Assembly (NCBI GenBank): GCA_900553035.1
Contig: USCC01000003.1
Span: forward strand, 1 to 51,929
Direction of reading: 5' to 3'
From: an uncultured Rhodospirillaceae bacterium
GTDB taxonomy: Bacteria; Pseudomonadota; Alphaproteobacteria; CAAGCB01; CAG-977
Length of the DNA stretch: 51,929 bases
Position 1 is the first letter of the stretch; every line of letters begins with the position of its first letter. The translations under genes and the position numbers were made by a program. The notes under the pieces were generated by a model that saw only the letters and a list, made by a program, of their open reading frames with translations, was not told where the DNA came from and searched no databases. Of the stretch, positions 34,045 to 41,804 are shown one piece after another.

Positions 34045-35323
34045 TTTTTCCCCTTTGCCGCCCGCCGAAGCCATCCGTTTTTTTCAAAAAAAAGGATATA
34101 AAATCGGCTTTGACTGGCGCGATGTCTGGAAAGAGGAGCACGCGATCGCCTTTACGGTTGCCAAAGCGATGCAGATTGACATTTTGCAGGATATTCGCTC
34201 CGCTTTGCAGGACGCTTTGGAAAACGGCACGACGTTTGATCAGTTTAAAAAAGATCTGATTCCCGTTTTGCAAAAAAAGGGCTGGTGGGGAAAACGGGAA
34301 ATGCCTGATTCGAAAACGGGATTGACGGAAAAGGTAACGCTCGGCACGCCGCGCCGCCTGTCAATCATTTACGACACGAACATTCGCACGGCGTATGCGG
34401 CGGGAGAGTGGGCGGCGATTGAAGAAAACGCCGAAGACGCGCCTTATTTGCGATATGTCTGCGTTCTGGATGAACGCACGCGGGCGCAACACCGTCAATG
34501 GCATGATTTGATTTTGCGCTATGACGATCCGTTCTGGGCGACGCATTATCCGCCGAACGGATGGAAATGCCGTTGTTCCGTCATTCAATATTCCGATAAC
34601 GATTTAAAGCGGCGCGGTTTCGTACCGTCAAAAAGCCCTCAAATTCGCTATACCGAATGGGAAAACAAACGAACGGGGAAAATCGAACGGATTCCAGAAG
34701 GCATCGCGCCGGGGTTTGATTATAACGTCGGCAAAGCCAGATACCGCGCTTTTACGCCTGAACCTGACGGCAATCCGCCGCAGACGTTCCAAAACCGCGC
34801 CGCCGAACTGCCGCCTTTGCCCGAAGCCTCGCCGATGCCGGAAAATTCCGTTTTGCCCGAAGGATTGAGCGATACGGAATACGCCCGCGCTTTTTTGTCC
34901 GAGTTCGGCGCGGATATCGGAAAAACCGTCGTTTATACCGATGTTGTCGGAGAACCGCTTGTCATCGACGAAGGGCTGTTTTTGAATAAACGGTCTCAAA
35001 CCCTTAAATCAGGCAAAAATAAACGCGGAAAATTTATGCGCCTGTTAGCTTATGCATTAAAAAATCCGGATGAAATCTGGCTGCGCTGGGAAAATGAAAA
35101 AACAACCGGCAAACCTGTTTTGAAAAGGCGATATATTAAAATCTATCAGACTGAAGACGGTAGCCATTGTCTGACTGTATTTGAAAAAGGCCAAAAGACA
35201 TGGAAAGGTGCAACAACGTTTCCAGCAAAAGCAGGAAAGCCTGAACAAACGAAAAACAATTATATCAATCAATATCGAGATGGTTTTTTGGCATATAAAA
35301 AACGCCAGTCGAATAGCAACTGA
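34031..35323 (+). CDS. MuF-like minor head protein (gp30) with extra AT-rich C-terminal domain
   Basis: MuF/SPP1 gp7 core ...TRAQHRQWHDLILRYDDPFWATHYPPNGWKCRCSV. About 110 additional residues (LAYALKNPDEIWLRWE...IKIYQTEDGSHCLTVFEKG) are encoded by visibly lower-GC DNA. Confidence 0.88.
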   Translation: MAGIDFSPLPPAEAIRFFQKKGYKIGFDWRDVWKEEHAIAFTVAKAMQIDILQDIRSALQDALENGTTFDQFKKDLIPVLQKKGWWGKREMPDSKTGLTEKVTLGTPRRLSIIYDTNIRTAYAAGEWAAIEENAEDAPYLRYVCVLDERTRAQHRQWHDLILRYDDPFWATHYPPNGWKCRCSVIQYSDNDLKRRGFVPSKSPQIRYTEWENKRTGKIERIPEGIAPGFDYNVGKARYRAFTPEPDGNPPQTFQNRAAELPPLPEASPMPENSVLPEGLSDTEYARAFLSEFGADIGKTVVYTDVVGEPLVIDEGLFLNKRSQTLKSGKNKRGKFMRLLAYALKNPDEIWLRWENEKTTGKPVLKRRYIKIYQTEDGSHCLTVFEKGQKTWKGATTFPAKAGKPEQTKNNYINQYRDGFLAYKKRQSNSN

Positions 35324-35429
35324 CGTTCAGATGCATTCCTACGATTCCGCTATTCGGAGCGTTATGCATCCTTAATTTATTTTATTATGCCATCAATGAA
35401 ATGAAAAATCAAGATTAAGGAATTTTAAC

Positions 35430-35534
35430 ATGACGGTGCCCGTCTGTACCTGTCCGGGGGTCATTGATTTGTTTTATCCGAGCCTTTTCCTTTTTTTCGG
35501 ATTTGTCCTGTGGCTGATGTTTAAACACGCATAA
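35430..35534 (+). CDS. Possible small hydrophobic peptide (34 aa)
   Basis: MTVPVCTCPGVIDLFYPSLFLFFGFVLWLMFKHA. taagga lies upstream. Followed by terminator 35553-35585. Confidence 0.3.
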   Translation: MTVPVCTCPGVIDLFYPSLFLFFGFVLWLMFKHA

Positions 35535-35552
35535 AAAACAAAAACCGAAAAT

Positions 35553-35585
35553 AAAGCCGCGTCATGCGGCTTTGTCATTTTTCGG
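35553..35585 (+). terminator. Intrinsic terminator
   Basis: aaagccgc-gtcat-gcggcttt followed by gtcattttt. Confidence 0.7.
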
Positions 35586-35703
35586 CTATCGTTTTACGTT
35601 ATCAAATCCAAAACGCACACAGCCCCGTTTAATACCCGTTTAACTTCGATGTTTTTTATGGAAATTTTTCCTAATTTATAGATTTTTAAAAATTTGTCAG
35701 TTA

Positions 35704-35712
35704 TGGTACAAT
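35704..35712 (+). promoter_or_regulatory. Extended -10 promoter element of island 2
   Basis: TGgTACAAT, 21 nt upstream of ATG 35733 with AGGAG (35721-25) between. Confidence 0.5.
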
Positions 35713-35732
35713 CAAACAAAAGGAGAACGTTC

Positions 35733-36638
35733 ATGGATAAGCCTTTTTTATATTCACGTCAAAAAGTGATTTTAGCCTTATTAGAGGCATTTGGCGGAAC
35801 GTTGCCTAAAACGGATATGCAAAAGTATATATTTCTTTTTACGCAACGTTGTCAAAAAGAAGGGGAACGTAGTTATGATTTTATTCCTTATAAATATGGC
35901 TGTTACTCTTTTCAATTTGAAAAAGATCGCCAAACTTTGGCGGATATGGGCATAATATTCGGAGATGATTGGCGGCTTCCTGATGGTAATGAAATATATT
36001 TAAAAATGTTTGATAAAACAGAACAGTCAAAAATGCGTTATTTTGCTGAAATATACAAGAAAAAGCATGGAGATGCATTGTTGCATGAAGTTTATACAAA
36101 GTATCCATATTATGCCATAAACAGCGAAGTGAAAGAAAGAGTTTTAAACCGAGAAGAATTAGAAAAAGTAAAGGTTTCTGTTCCTCATAATGATTCTGTT
36201 TGTTTCTTCACCATTGGTTATGAAGGAAAAACCATAGAAAATTATATTAACCGCCTGATTAAAAATAATATTCATCTGGTTTGTGATGTTAGAGCCAATC
36301 CATTTAGTCGAAAATATGGATTTTCTCAGCGTGACTTATCCGTATTGTTAAAAAAAATTGGAATTGAATATGTGCATATGCCTGAATTGGGAATAGTTTC
36401 AGATAAACGCCAAGAATTAAAGACTCAAGAAGATTATGACGCTTTATTTTCTTGGTACGAAAAAAATATTCTTCCAACAAAAACAGAAATATTGAACAAA
36501 TTAAAAGATATGCTAATGCAATATACGCGCATAGCTATCACTTGCTTTGAAGCAGATGTCAAGCAATGCCATAGGGGACGAATTGCAAAAATTCTATCTG
36601 AACAATCGGACTGGAATACGCCAATAGAACATATCTAG
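35733..36638 (+). CDS. YwgA/SocA(Panacea)-like N-terminal domain fused to DUF488 domain
   Basis: N-terminus: MQKYIFLFTQ...YDFIPYKYGCYSFQFEKDRQTLADMGII. C-terminus has DUF488 hallmarks: FFTIGYEGKT, VCDVRANPFSRK, YVHMPELG, ITCFEADVKQCHRGRIAKIL. Start set at ATG 35733, not TTG 35694. Confidence 0.8.
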   Translation: MDKPFLYSRQKVILALLEAFGGTLPKTDMQKYIFLFTQRCQKEGERSYDFIPYKYGCYSFQFEKDRQTLADMGIIFGDDWRLPDGNEIYLKMFDKTEQSKMRYFAEIYKKKHGDALLHEVYTKYPYYAINSEVKERVLNREELEKVKVSVPHNDSVCFFTIGYEGKTIENYINRLIKNNIHLVCDVRANPFSRKYGFSQRDLSVLLKKIGIEYVHMPELGIVSDKRQELKTQEDYDALFSWYEKNILPTKTEILNKLKDMLMQYTRIAITCFEADVKQCHRGRIAKILSEQSDWNTPIEHI

Positions 36639-36639
36639 C

Positions 36640-37485
36640 ATGAAAAAAGAAAAAATCTTTATAACTGTCAAAACATACCCATCTATTTCTACTTCCTATG
36701 GTGAATTAGTATGTACGGCCGGCATTCGTGAGGATGGTTCATGGATCCGCATTTATCCTGTGCCTTTTAGGACATTAGAAACATGGAGACAATATAAAAA
36801 ATATCAATGGATAGAAGCATTGATTGAAAGGAATGAAGCTGACATTCGGCCCGAAAGTTTTAAAGTTATTGATATTGATAATATTAACTTATTGGATGAA
36901 GTAAAAAATTGGGATGAACGAAAAAAGATTATTTTGTCAAAAAATAAAATTTATGATGATCTGGAAGAACTTATTGATTTAGCAAAAAATAAAAACTTAT
37001 TGTCTTTGGCTGTTTTTAAACCCAAACATATAAAGCGTCTAAAAATAAAAAGAGAAAAAGAAGACAAGAAACAATTAGAAAAGAAAGTGACTTTGAAGGC
37101 AAGATCAAAGCAGATAAACCTTTTCGGTCAGTCTTTTGATGATTTTGAACCGGTTGATCGGCTTCCTTTTAAGTTTTCATATGTTTTTGAAGATATTAAA
37201 GGAAGAGAAAGTTCTTTAATGATTGAAGATTGGGAAATTGGTGTTTTGTATCGGAATTGTTTTTTGAATGCTAGAAAAAAGAATAAAAATCTTTCAGAAG
37301 ATGAGCTTATGCAAATAGCCGCTCAAAAAGTCAAAGAAAAATATGAAGATAAATTCTTAAAAGAAAATGATATTCTTTTATTTTTGGGAACGACAAAAGA
37401 GTATCATAAAATTGCTCCTAATCCTTTCGTTATTATTGGAGTATTTTATCCTCCAATAGAAAAACAACTTGATCTTTTCTTTTGA
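36640..37485 (+). CDS. Uncharacterised 281-aa protein, translationally coupled to the DUF488 fusion
   Basis: ATG follows the upstream stop by 1 nt. N-terminus TVKTYPSISTSYGELVCTAGIREDGSWIRIYPVPFR, then a Lys/Glu-rich linker, then a C-terminal domain with no recognisable motif. Very AT-rich. Confidence 0.75.
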   Translation: MKKEKIFITVKTYPSISTSYGELVCTAGIREDGSWIRIYPVPFRTLETWRQYKKYQWIEALIERNEADIRPESFKVIDIDNINLLDEVKNWDERKKIILSKNKIYDDLEELIDLAKNKNLLSLAVFKPKHIKRLKIKREKEDKKQLEKKVTLKARSKQINLFGQSFDDFEPVDRLPFKFSYVFEDIKGRESSLMIEDWEIGVLYRNCFLNARKKNKNLSEDELMQIAAQKVKEKYEDKFLKENDILLFLGTTKEYHKIAPNPFVIIGVFYPPIEKQLDLFF

Positions 37486-37531
37486 CATTTTTCCAAATCG
37501 GGGCAATATAAAAACGGCGGGAATCCTGACG

Positions 37532-37582
37532 GTTTGCAGTGAACTGTTCAGAATATTTTTAAAATTCCCGTCCCCCTAAAAT
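37532..37582 (+). promoter_or_regulatory. Late promoter 2 (PI analogue): same 26-bp motif + 19 nt + TAAAAT
   Basis: GTTTGCAGTGAACTGTTCAGAATATT at 37532-37557 and TAAAAT at 37577-37582. The gpI-like ATG at 37589 is only 6 nt downstream of the -10. Confidence 0.55.
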
Positions 37583-37588
37583 GGGGGC

Positions 37589-38596
37589 ATGAAAAACGAA
37601 ACCGAAAAATTTAAATTAGCCCGCGCCGAAACCTCTGCCGTCCTGATCGGGACGGAAGACGAAAACGCCGTGCCGAACGTGATCCGTCTGATGCCCGTCG
37701 GGGACATCGCCGGGCGCGACGGGCGGCGTTTTTATCTGGATGATCCCGAAACGGTCATTGCAGAAACGGCCGTGTATAAAAAGAATCTCGATCTTTTAAT
37801 CGATTATAACCATCAGTCCGAATATGCAGAACAAAACGGCCGGCCCGCGCCTGCCGCTGGATGGATGACGGATTTTTTTGTCGCGGACGGACATCTGTGC
37901 GCCACCGTACAGTGGACGGCAAAAGCGGCGGAACACATTAAAAACCGCGAATTTCGCTATATTTCGCCGGTGTTTTTCCATACCGGCGGAAAAATCCGTC
38001 GCATCGTTTCGGCCGCGTTGACAAATACGCCGAATTTTGACTTGAAAGCCCTGAATCAGACACAAAAAAAGGAGAACAGTATGGACAAGGAAAAAGCCCT
38101 TTGTCAGGCCCTGAACGCGCCTGATGAAGAAAATGCCCTTTTGCGTATCGAAGAATTAAAAAGCGCGCAAAAGGAATTAAACGAAATCGCCGCCGCTCTT
38201 GAATGCGAAGCCAAAGCCGAAGCGGTTATCAAAGCCGTAAACGAAACAAAAGCGGATCCCGCAAAATTCGTTGAGATCGACAAGGTCGCCGATCTGACCC
38301 GCGAATTAAACGAAATCAAAGCCGAACGCGCCGAAGAAAAGGCGGAAAACGCGGTCAACGCCGCAATCCGCGACGGCCGTCTGCCGCCGGTTTTAAAAGA
38401 GAACGCTAAAGAAATCTGCAAAAAGATGGGCGAAACGGCGTTGAACGAATTCATTTCAAAAATGCCCAAAATATCCGCGCCGTCTTTGGCCGCGGGCGAA
38501 CCGCCCAAGCCCGCCTGCGACGCTTTGAGCGAAGACGAAAAGGAAATCTGCGAAATCATGGGCATTTCATCGGAAACTTTCAAGAAAGGAAAATAA
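37589..38596 (+). CDS. Head protease/scaffold protein (Mu gpI-like)
   Basis: LIDYNHQSEYAEQNGRPAPAAGWMTDF...REFRYISPVF parallels Mu I (IDYEHQT...NGQPAPAAGW...YRYISPVF). The C-terminal half is Ala/Glu-rich and scaffold-like. Confidence 0.85.
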   Translation: MKNETEKFKLARAETSAVLIGTEDENAVPNVIRLMPVGDIAGRDGRRFYLDDPETVIAETAVYKKNLDLLIDYNHQSEYAEQNGRPAPAAGWMTDFFVADGHLCATVQWTAKAAEHIKNREFRYISPVFFHTGGKIRRIVSAALTNTPNFDLKALNQTQKKENSMDKEKALCQALNAPDEENALLRIEELKSAQKELNEIAAALECEAKAEAVIKAVNETKADPAKFVEIDKVADLTRELNEIKAERAEEKAENAVNAAIRDGRLPPVLKENAKEICKKMGETALNEFISKMPKISAPSLAAGEPPKPACDALSEDEKEICEIMGISSETFKKGK

Positions 38597-38597
38597 T

Positions 38598-39005
38598 ATG
38601 CCGCAGGTAGATACAAAAGAACGGGACGGCATTTTGATCGTGCACCCCGTTAAAGCCGACACAAAAGTATGCGCTGGAGAGATCGGCTGTTTGGACGCGA
38701 ACGGATATTTGGTTCCAGCATCTGTTGCGACAGGCCTGAAAGCCGTCGGGCGTATTGAAGAAACCGTTACCGGAGGAACGACGGACGGCGAAGAAAAAGC
38801 GTTGGTCAAAAAAGGCGTGTTTTTATTGAAAAACAACGCTTCGGACAAAGTGACCCGCACTCATATCGAAAGCGATTGTTATTTGTCGGGCGCGGCCGAA
38901 GTCGCCGCAACGGACGGCAAAGGCGAAGGAACTGCCGCGACGCGCTCCAAAGCCGGAAAAGTCATTGACGTCGAGGGCGATTTTGTCGCCGTCAAATTCG
39001 ATTAA
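38598..39005 (+). CDS. Head decoration/cement-like protein (DUF2190-like)
   Basis: 135 aa between scaffold and capsid genes. Gly/Thr-rich beta-type sequence. Family assignment is tentative. Confidence 0.6.
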   Translation: MPQVDTKERDGILIVHPVKADTKVCAGEIGCLDANGYLVPASVATGLKAVGRIEETVTGGTTDGEEKALVKKGVFLLKNNASDKVTRTHIESDCYLSGAAEVAATDGKGEGTAATRSKAGKVIDVEGDFVAVKFD

Positions 39006-39017
39006 ACGGGGGAAAAA

Positions 39018-39899
39018 ATGAAGATTACAACTGAAAAACTGGCGGCATTGAACACCGCGTTAAAAGGAACGTTCAAACAGGCTTTTGAAGAAACGCCCAG
39101 CGATTATGAAAAAGTCGCGACAACGATTCCGTCGTCGAAAAAATCGAACACTTACGACTGGATCGGCCAGACGATCAATATCCGCGAATGGGCGGGCGAT
39201 CGGGTCATTCAGAACCTGACCGAATACGATTACACGATTAAAAACAAAAAGTTTGAAGGAACCGTCGCCGTTAAAAAAGACGACATCGAAGACGACGAAG
39301 TCGGCAAATACAACATCATCATGAAAGAACTGGCCTACGGCGCGAAAACGCACCCTGACAGCCTGATTTTCGGCGAACTTTTGAAAAACGGCACGTCGAC
39401 GGTGTGTTATGACGGCCAGTATTTCTTCGACACCGATCACGACGTCGGCGGCGAAAGCGTTTCCAACTTCACGACGGGCAGCGGCGCGGCGTGGTATCTG
39501 TTGAACACCGCCAGACCGTTGAAACCGCTGATCTGGCAACCGCGCACGCCCGCAAATCTGGTAACGATCGACAACGAAGAAGTCGAACCCGTCTTTAAAC
39601 GCGGCGAAATCCTTTACGGCGTCGATTTTCGCGGAAACGCCGGATACGGGTTCTGGCAGATGGCGTACTGTTCCAAACAGGACTTGACGACGGCGAATTT
39701 CAACACGGTTTACGCCGCGATGATGAGCATGAAACAGCCGAACGGCAAACCGTTGAACAACCGTCCGACGCTGCTGGTCGTTCCGCCTTCTTTGCGCGCG
39801 GCGGCAAAAACAGTCATCGAATCCGAAAAGCTGGCGGACGGCACAACCAACCCGAACAAGGGCGTCGTTGAAATCCTTGTCAGCCCGTGGCTGGCCTGA
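39018..39899 (+). CDS. Major capsid protein (Mu gpT-like)
   Basis: 293 aa. N-terminus ...LAALNTALKGTFKQAFEETPSDYEKVATTIPSSKKSNTYDWIGQ fits the gpT family. Position fits. Confidence 0.88.
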   Translation: MKITTEKLAALNTALKGTFKQAFEETPSDYEKVATTIPSSKKSNTYDWIGQTINIREWAGDRVIQNLTEYDYTIKNKKFEGTVAVKKDDIEDDEVGKYNIIMKELAYGAKTHPDSLIFGELLKNGTSTVCYDGQYFFDTDHDVGGESVSNFTTGSGAAWYLLNTARPLKPLIWQPRTPANLVTIDNEEVEPVFKRGEILYGVDFRGNAGYGFWQMAYCSKQDLTTANFNTVYAAMMSMKQPNGKPLNNRPTLLVVPPSLRAAAKTVIESEKLADGTTNPNKGVVEILVSPWLA

Positions 39900-39913
39900 C
39901 GAAAGGGGGAACA

Positions 39914-40177
39914 ATGACGAAATACATTGAAATCCTTTCCGCCGTTGACGGTTTCAGACGCGGCGGCGTCGCCCACCCGAACGTTAAAACGGTTCACCGC
40001 GTTGACGCCTTTAGCAAAGTACAGCTGGAGCAGATCAAAAACGAACCGCGCCTGTCCGTCCGTTTTTTCGAGGTTGAGGAGAAAAAGCCCGAACCCGAAC
40101 CGGCGGAAAAGAAACAGGACGAAAACGGGAAAGAAGCCCCGAAATCCGACAAAAGCAACGGCAAAAAGGGCAAATAA
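39914..40177 (+). CDS. HI1506-like small head-region protein with Lys/Glu/Pro-rich tail
   Basis: MTKYIEILSAVDGFRRGGVAHP... resembles FluMu HI1506-related proteins. Start set at ATG 39914. Confidence 0.6.
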   Translation: MTKYIEILSAVDGFRRGGVAHPNVKTVHRVDAFSKVQLEQIKNEPRLSVRFFEVEEKKPEPEPAEKKQDENGKEAPKSDKSNGKKGK

Positions 40178-40606
40178 ATGAAAGCGTACGCGGATATTCA
40201 CAATATGAAAGAACGTTTCGGCGTTTTAGAGCTGTTACAGCTGACCGACGCGGCGGGCGAAGACCTGAGCGCGGAGGAAACGGCGGTTGTTGAAACGGCC
40301 TTAAACGATGCGACGGCCTTTATGAACGGATATATCCGCGTACGCCATACGCTGCCTTTATCGGCCGTTCCGCCCGTTTTGACGCGCCTGTGCTGCGAAA
40401 TCGCACGGTTTTACCTGTACAAAACAGCCGTCACCGACGTTGTCAAAGACGCTTATGACGCCGCCGTCAAGGTTTTGCGCGATATTGCCAAAGGCGATTT
40501 GCTTTTAAGCGACCCCGAAGGAACGCCGCCCGAACAGGGCGCGCCGCTGGTCATTGTCGGCGGCGCAGAGCGTCTGTTTAACCAAAACAGTATGAAGGGA
40601 TTTTAA
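40178..40606 (+). CDS. Head-tail connector protein (Mu gp36-like, DUF1320)
   Basis: 142 aa. Position and pattern (...ALNDATAFMNGYIRVRHTLPL...EIARFYLY) fit DUF1320. Confidence 0.7.
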   Translation: MKAYADIHNMKERFGVLELLQLTDAAGEDLSAEETAVVETALNDATAFMNGYIRVRHTLPLSAVPPVLTRLCCEIARFYLYKTAVTDVVKDAYDAAVKVLRDIAKGDLLLSDPEGTPPEQGAPLVIVGGAERLFNQNSMKGF

Positions 40607-40607
40607 A

Positions 40608-41078
40608 ATGCCGCAGTTGCGTTTTGATTTAAACGATCTGTTTGACGTCGGCGACGGCTTAAAACGTTTAGGCGGCAGTACCGGCCTGTTTCTGAAACGC
40701 GTTGCCCGAATGTTGACGGCGTCGGCAAAGGAACGCTTTGTTAATGAAACGGATCCCGAAGGCAACAAATGGAAAAAAGGCGTTAAAAACGGCGGGCAGA
40801 CATTGACGCTCAGCGGGCTTTTGCGCCGCAGCATTACGAACAAAAGCGACGATAAAACCGCCGAAATCGGCACAAACCGCATTTATGCCGGCATTCACCA
40901 GTTCGGCGGCGTAATTACGGCAAAAAAAGCAAAATATCTGCGCTTTAAAATCAACGGGCGCGAAGTTTTTGCAAAATCGGTCGTCATTCCGGCGCGTCCG
41001 TTTCTGGGCGTTTCCGAAACGGACAAAGAAGCCGTTAAAGACGAATTAAACACGCTTTTAACGGAGGCTTTAAAATGA
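40608..41078 (+). CDS. Virion morphogenesis protein (Mu gpG-like)
   Basis: ...RSITNKSDDKTAEIGTNRIYAGIHQFGG...ARPFLGVSETD is the typical phage virion morphogenesis family signature. Confidence 0.8.
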   Translation: MPQLRFDLNDLFDVGDGLKRLGGSTGLFLKRVARMLTASAKERFVNETDPEGNKWKKGVKNGGQTLTLSGLLRRSITNKSDDKTAEIGTNRIYAGIHQFGGVITAKKAKYLRFKINGREVFAKSVVIPARPFLGVSETDKEAVKDELNTLLTEALK

Positions 41079-41641
41079 TCGGAAAAATCGAAAACGCCGT
41101 TATTCAGAAAATTAAATCGGCTGATTTGGGCTATCGCCTGAAACTGGTCGAAAGCTATAAAGCGCAGTTCGACGACGATCTTGTTAAACTGGTCAAAACG
41201 TCCGCTCCGGCGGTTTGGGTTGCCTTTACGGGCGAAGACAACACGCAGAACACCGCCAAAGGCATGGAATGCACGGCGTCGTTTTCAATCATCATTCTGA
41301 CCCGCAACGTCAGAAACGAACGTTCGGCGCGTTTCGGCGACAAACAAGGCGAAGTCGGGACGTATCAGATATTACAGGATATTAAAGCTCTTTTGCACGG
41401 CAGCGACGTCGGGCTGAACATCGTTCCGTTTGAACATAAAAGAACCGTCCCGTTGTTAAATACGGCCGTTTCCGGATTTTTCGCTTCGGTTTTCTCATTG
41501 GAATTTGAAACGTCCTACGTCATGGCGGCGGCCGATAAGACGGGCGGCGATTTAGCGGAGTTTTTAAGGCTTCATGCCGATTGGGAACTGCCCGAATTTA
41601 ACAGTGAAACTTTAACGAACATCAGAGGGAAAAATGAATAA
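41075..41641 (+). CDS. Mu gp37-like protein (DUF1834)
   Basis: 188 aa with ATGA overlap. Position between gpG-like and sheath genes. Confidence 0.65.
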   Translation: MIGKIENAVIQKIKSADLGYRLKLVESYKAQFDDDLVKLVKTSAPAVWVAFTGEDNTQNTAKGMECTASFSIIILTRNVRNERSARFGDKQGEVGTYQILQDIKALLHGSDVGLNIVPFEHKRTVPLLNTAVSGFFASVFSLEFETSYVMAAADKTGGDLAEFLRLHADWELPEFNSETLTNIRGKNE

Positions 41642-41804
41642 AACCATTAAATTAAGGCCGAAAAAAGGCCTGACGGTCTTAAAGCCGAACGGCGAAAGGT
41701 TGGCTATTGAGGGCGAAACGGTCGAACGGGAAACATACTGGATCCGCCGCATTAACGACGGCGACGTCGAAATTGTAACTGAAGCAAAGAAAGGGGGTAG
41801 ATGA
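41634..41804 (+). CDS. Mu gp38-like small protein (DUF2635; 56 aa, below track cut-off)
   Basis: MNKTIKLRPKKGLTVLKPNGERLAIEGETVERETYWIRRINDGDVEIV fits the DUF2635 pattern. Overlaps both neighbours. Confidence 0.6.
   Translation: MNKTIKLRPKKGLTVLKPNGERLAIEGETVERETYWIRRINDGDVEIVTEAKKGGR

Noticed and set aside
39060-39914. 284-aa minus-strand ORF opposite the major capsid gene; similar long antisense ORFs lie at 21356-22159, 30729-31448, 38104-38616 and 43288-43716
   Set aside because: All lie opposite genes with clear Mu-family identity and have Arg/Phe-rich shadow composition.
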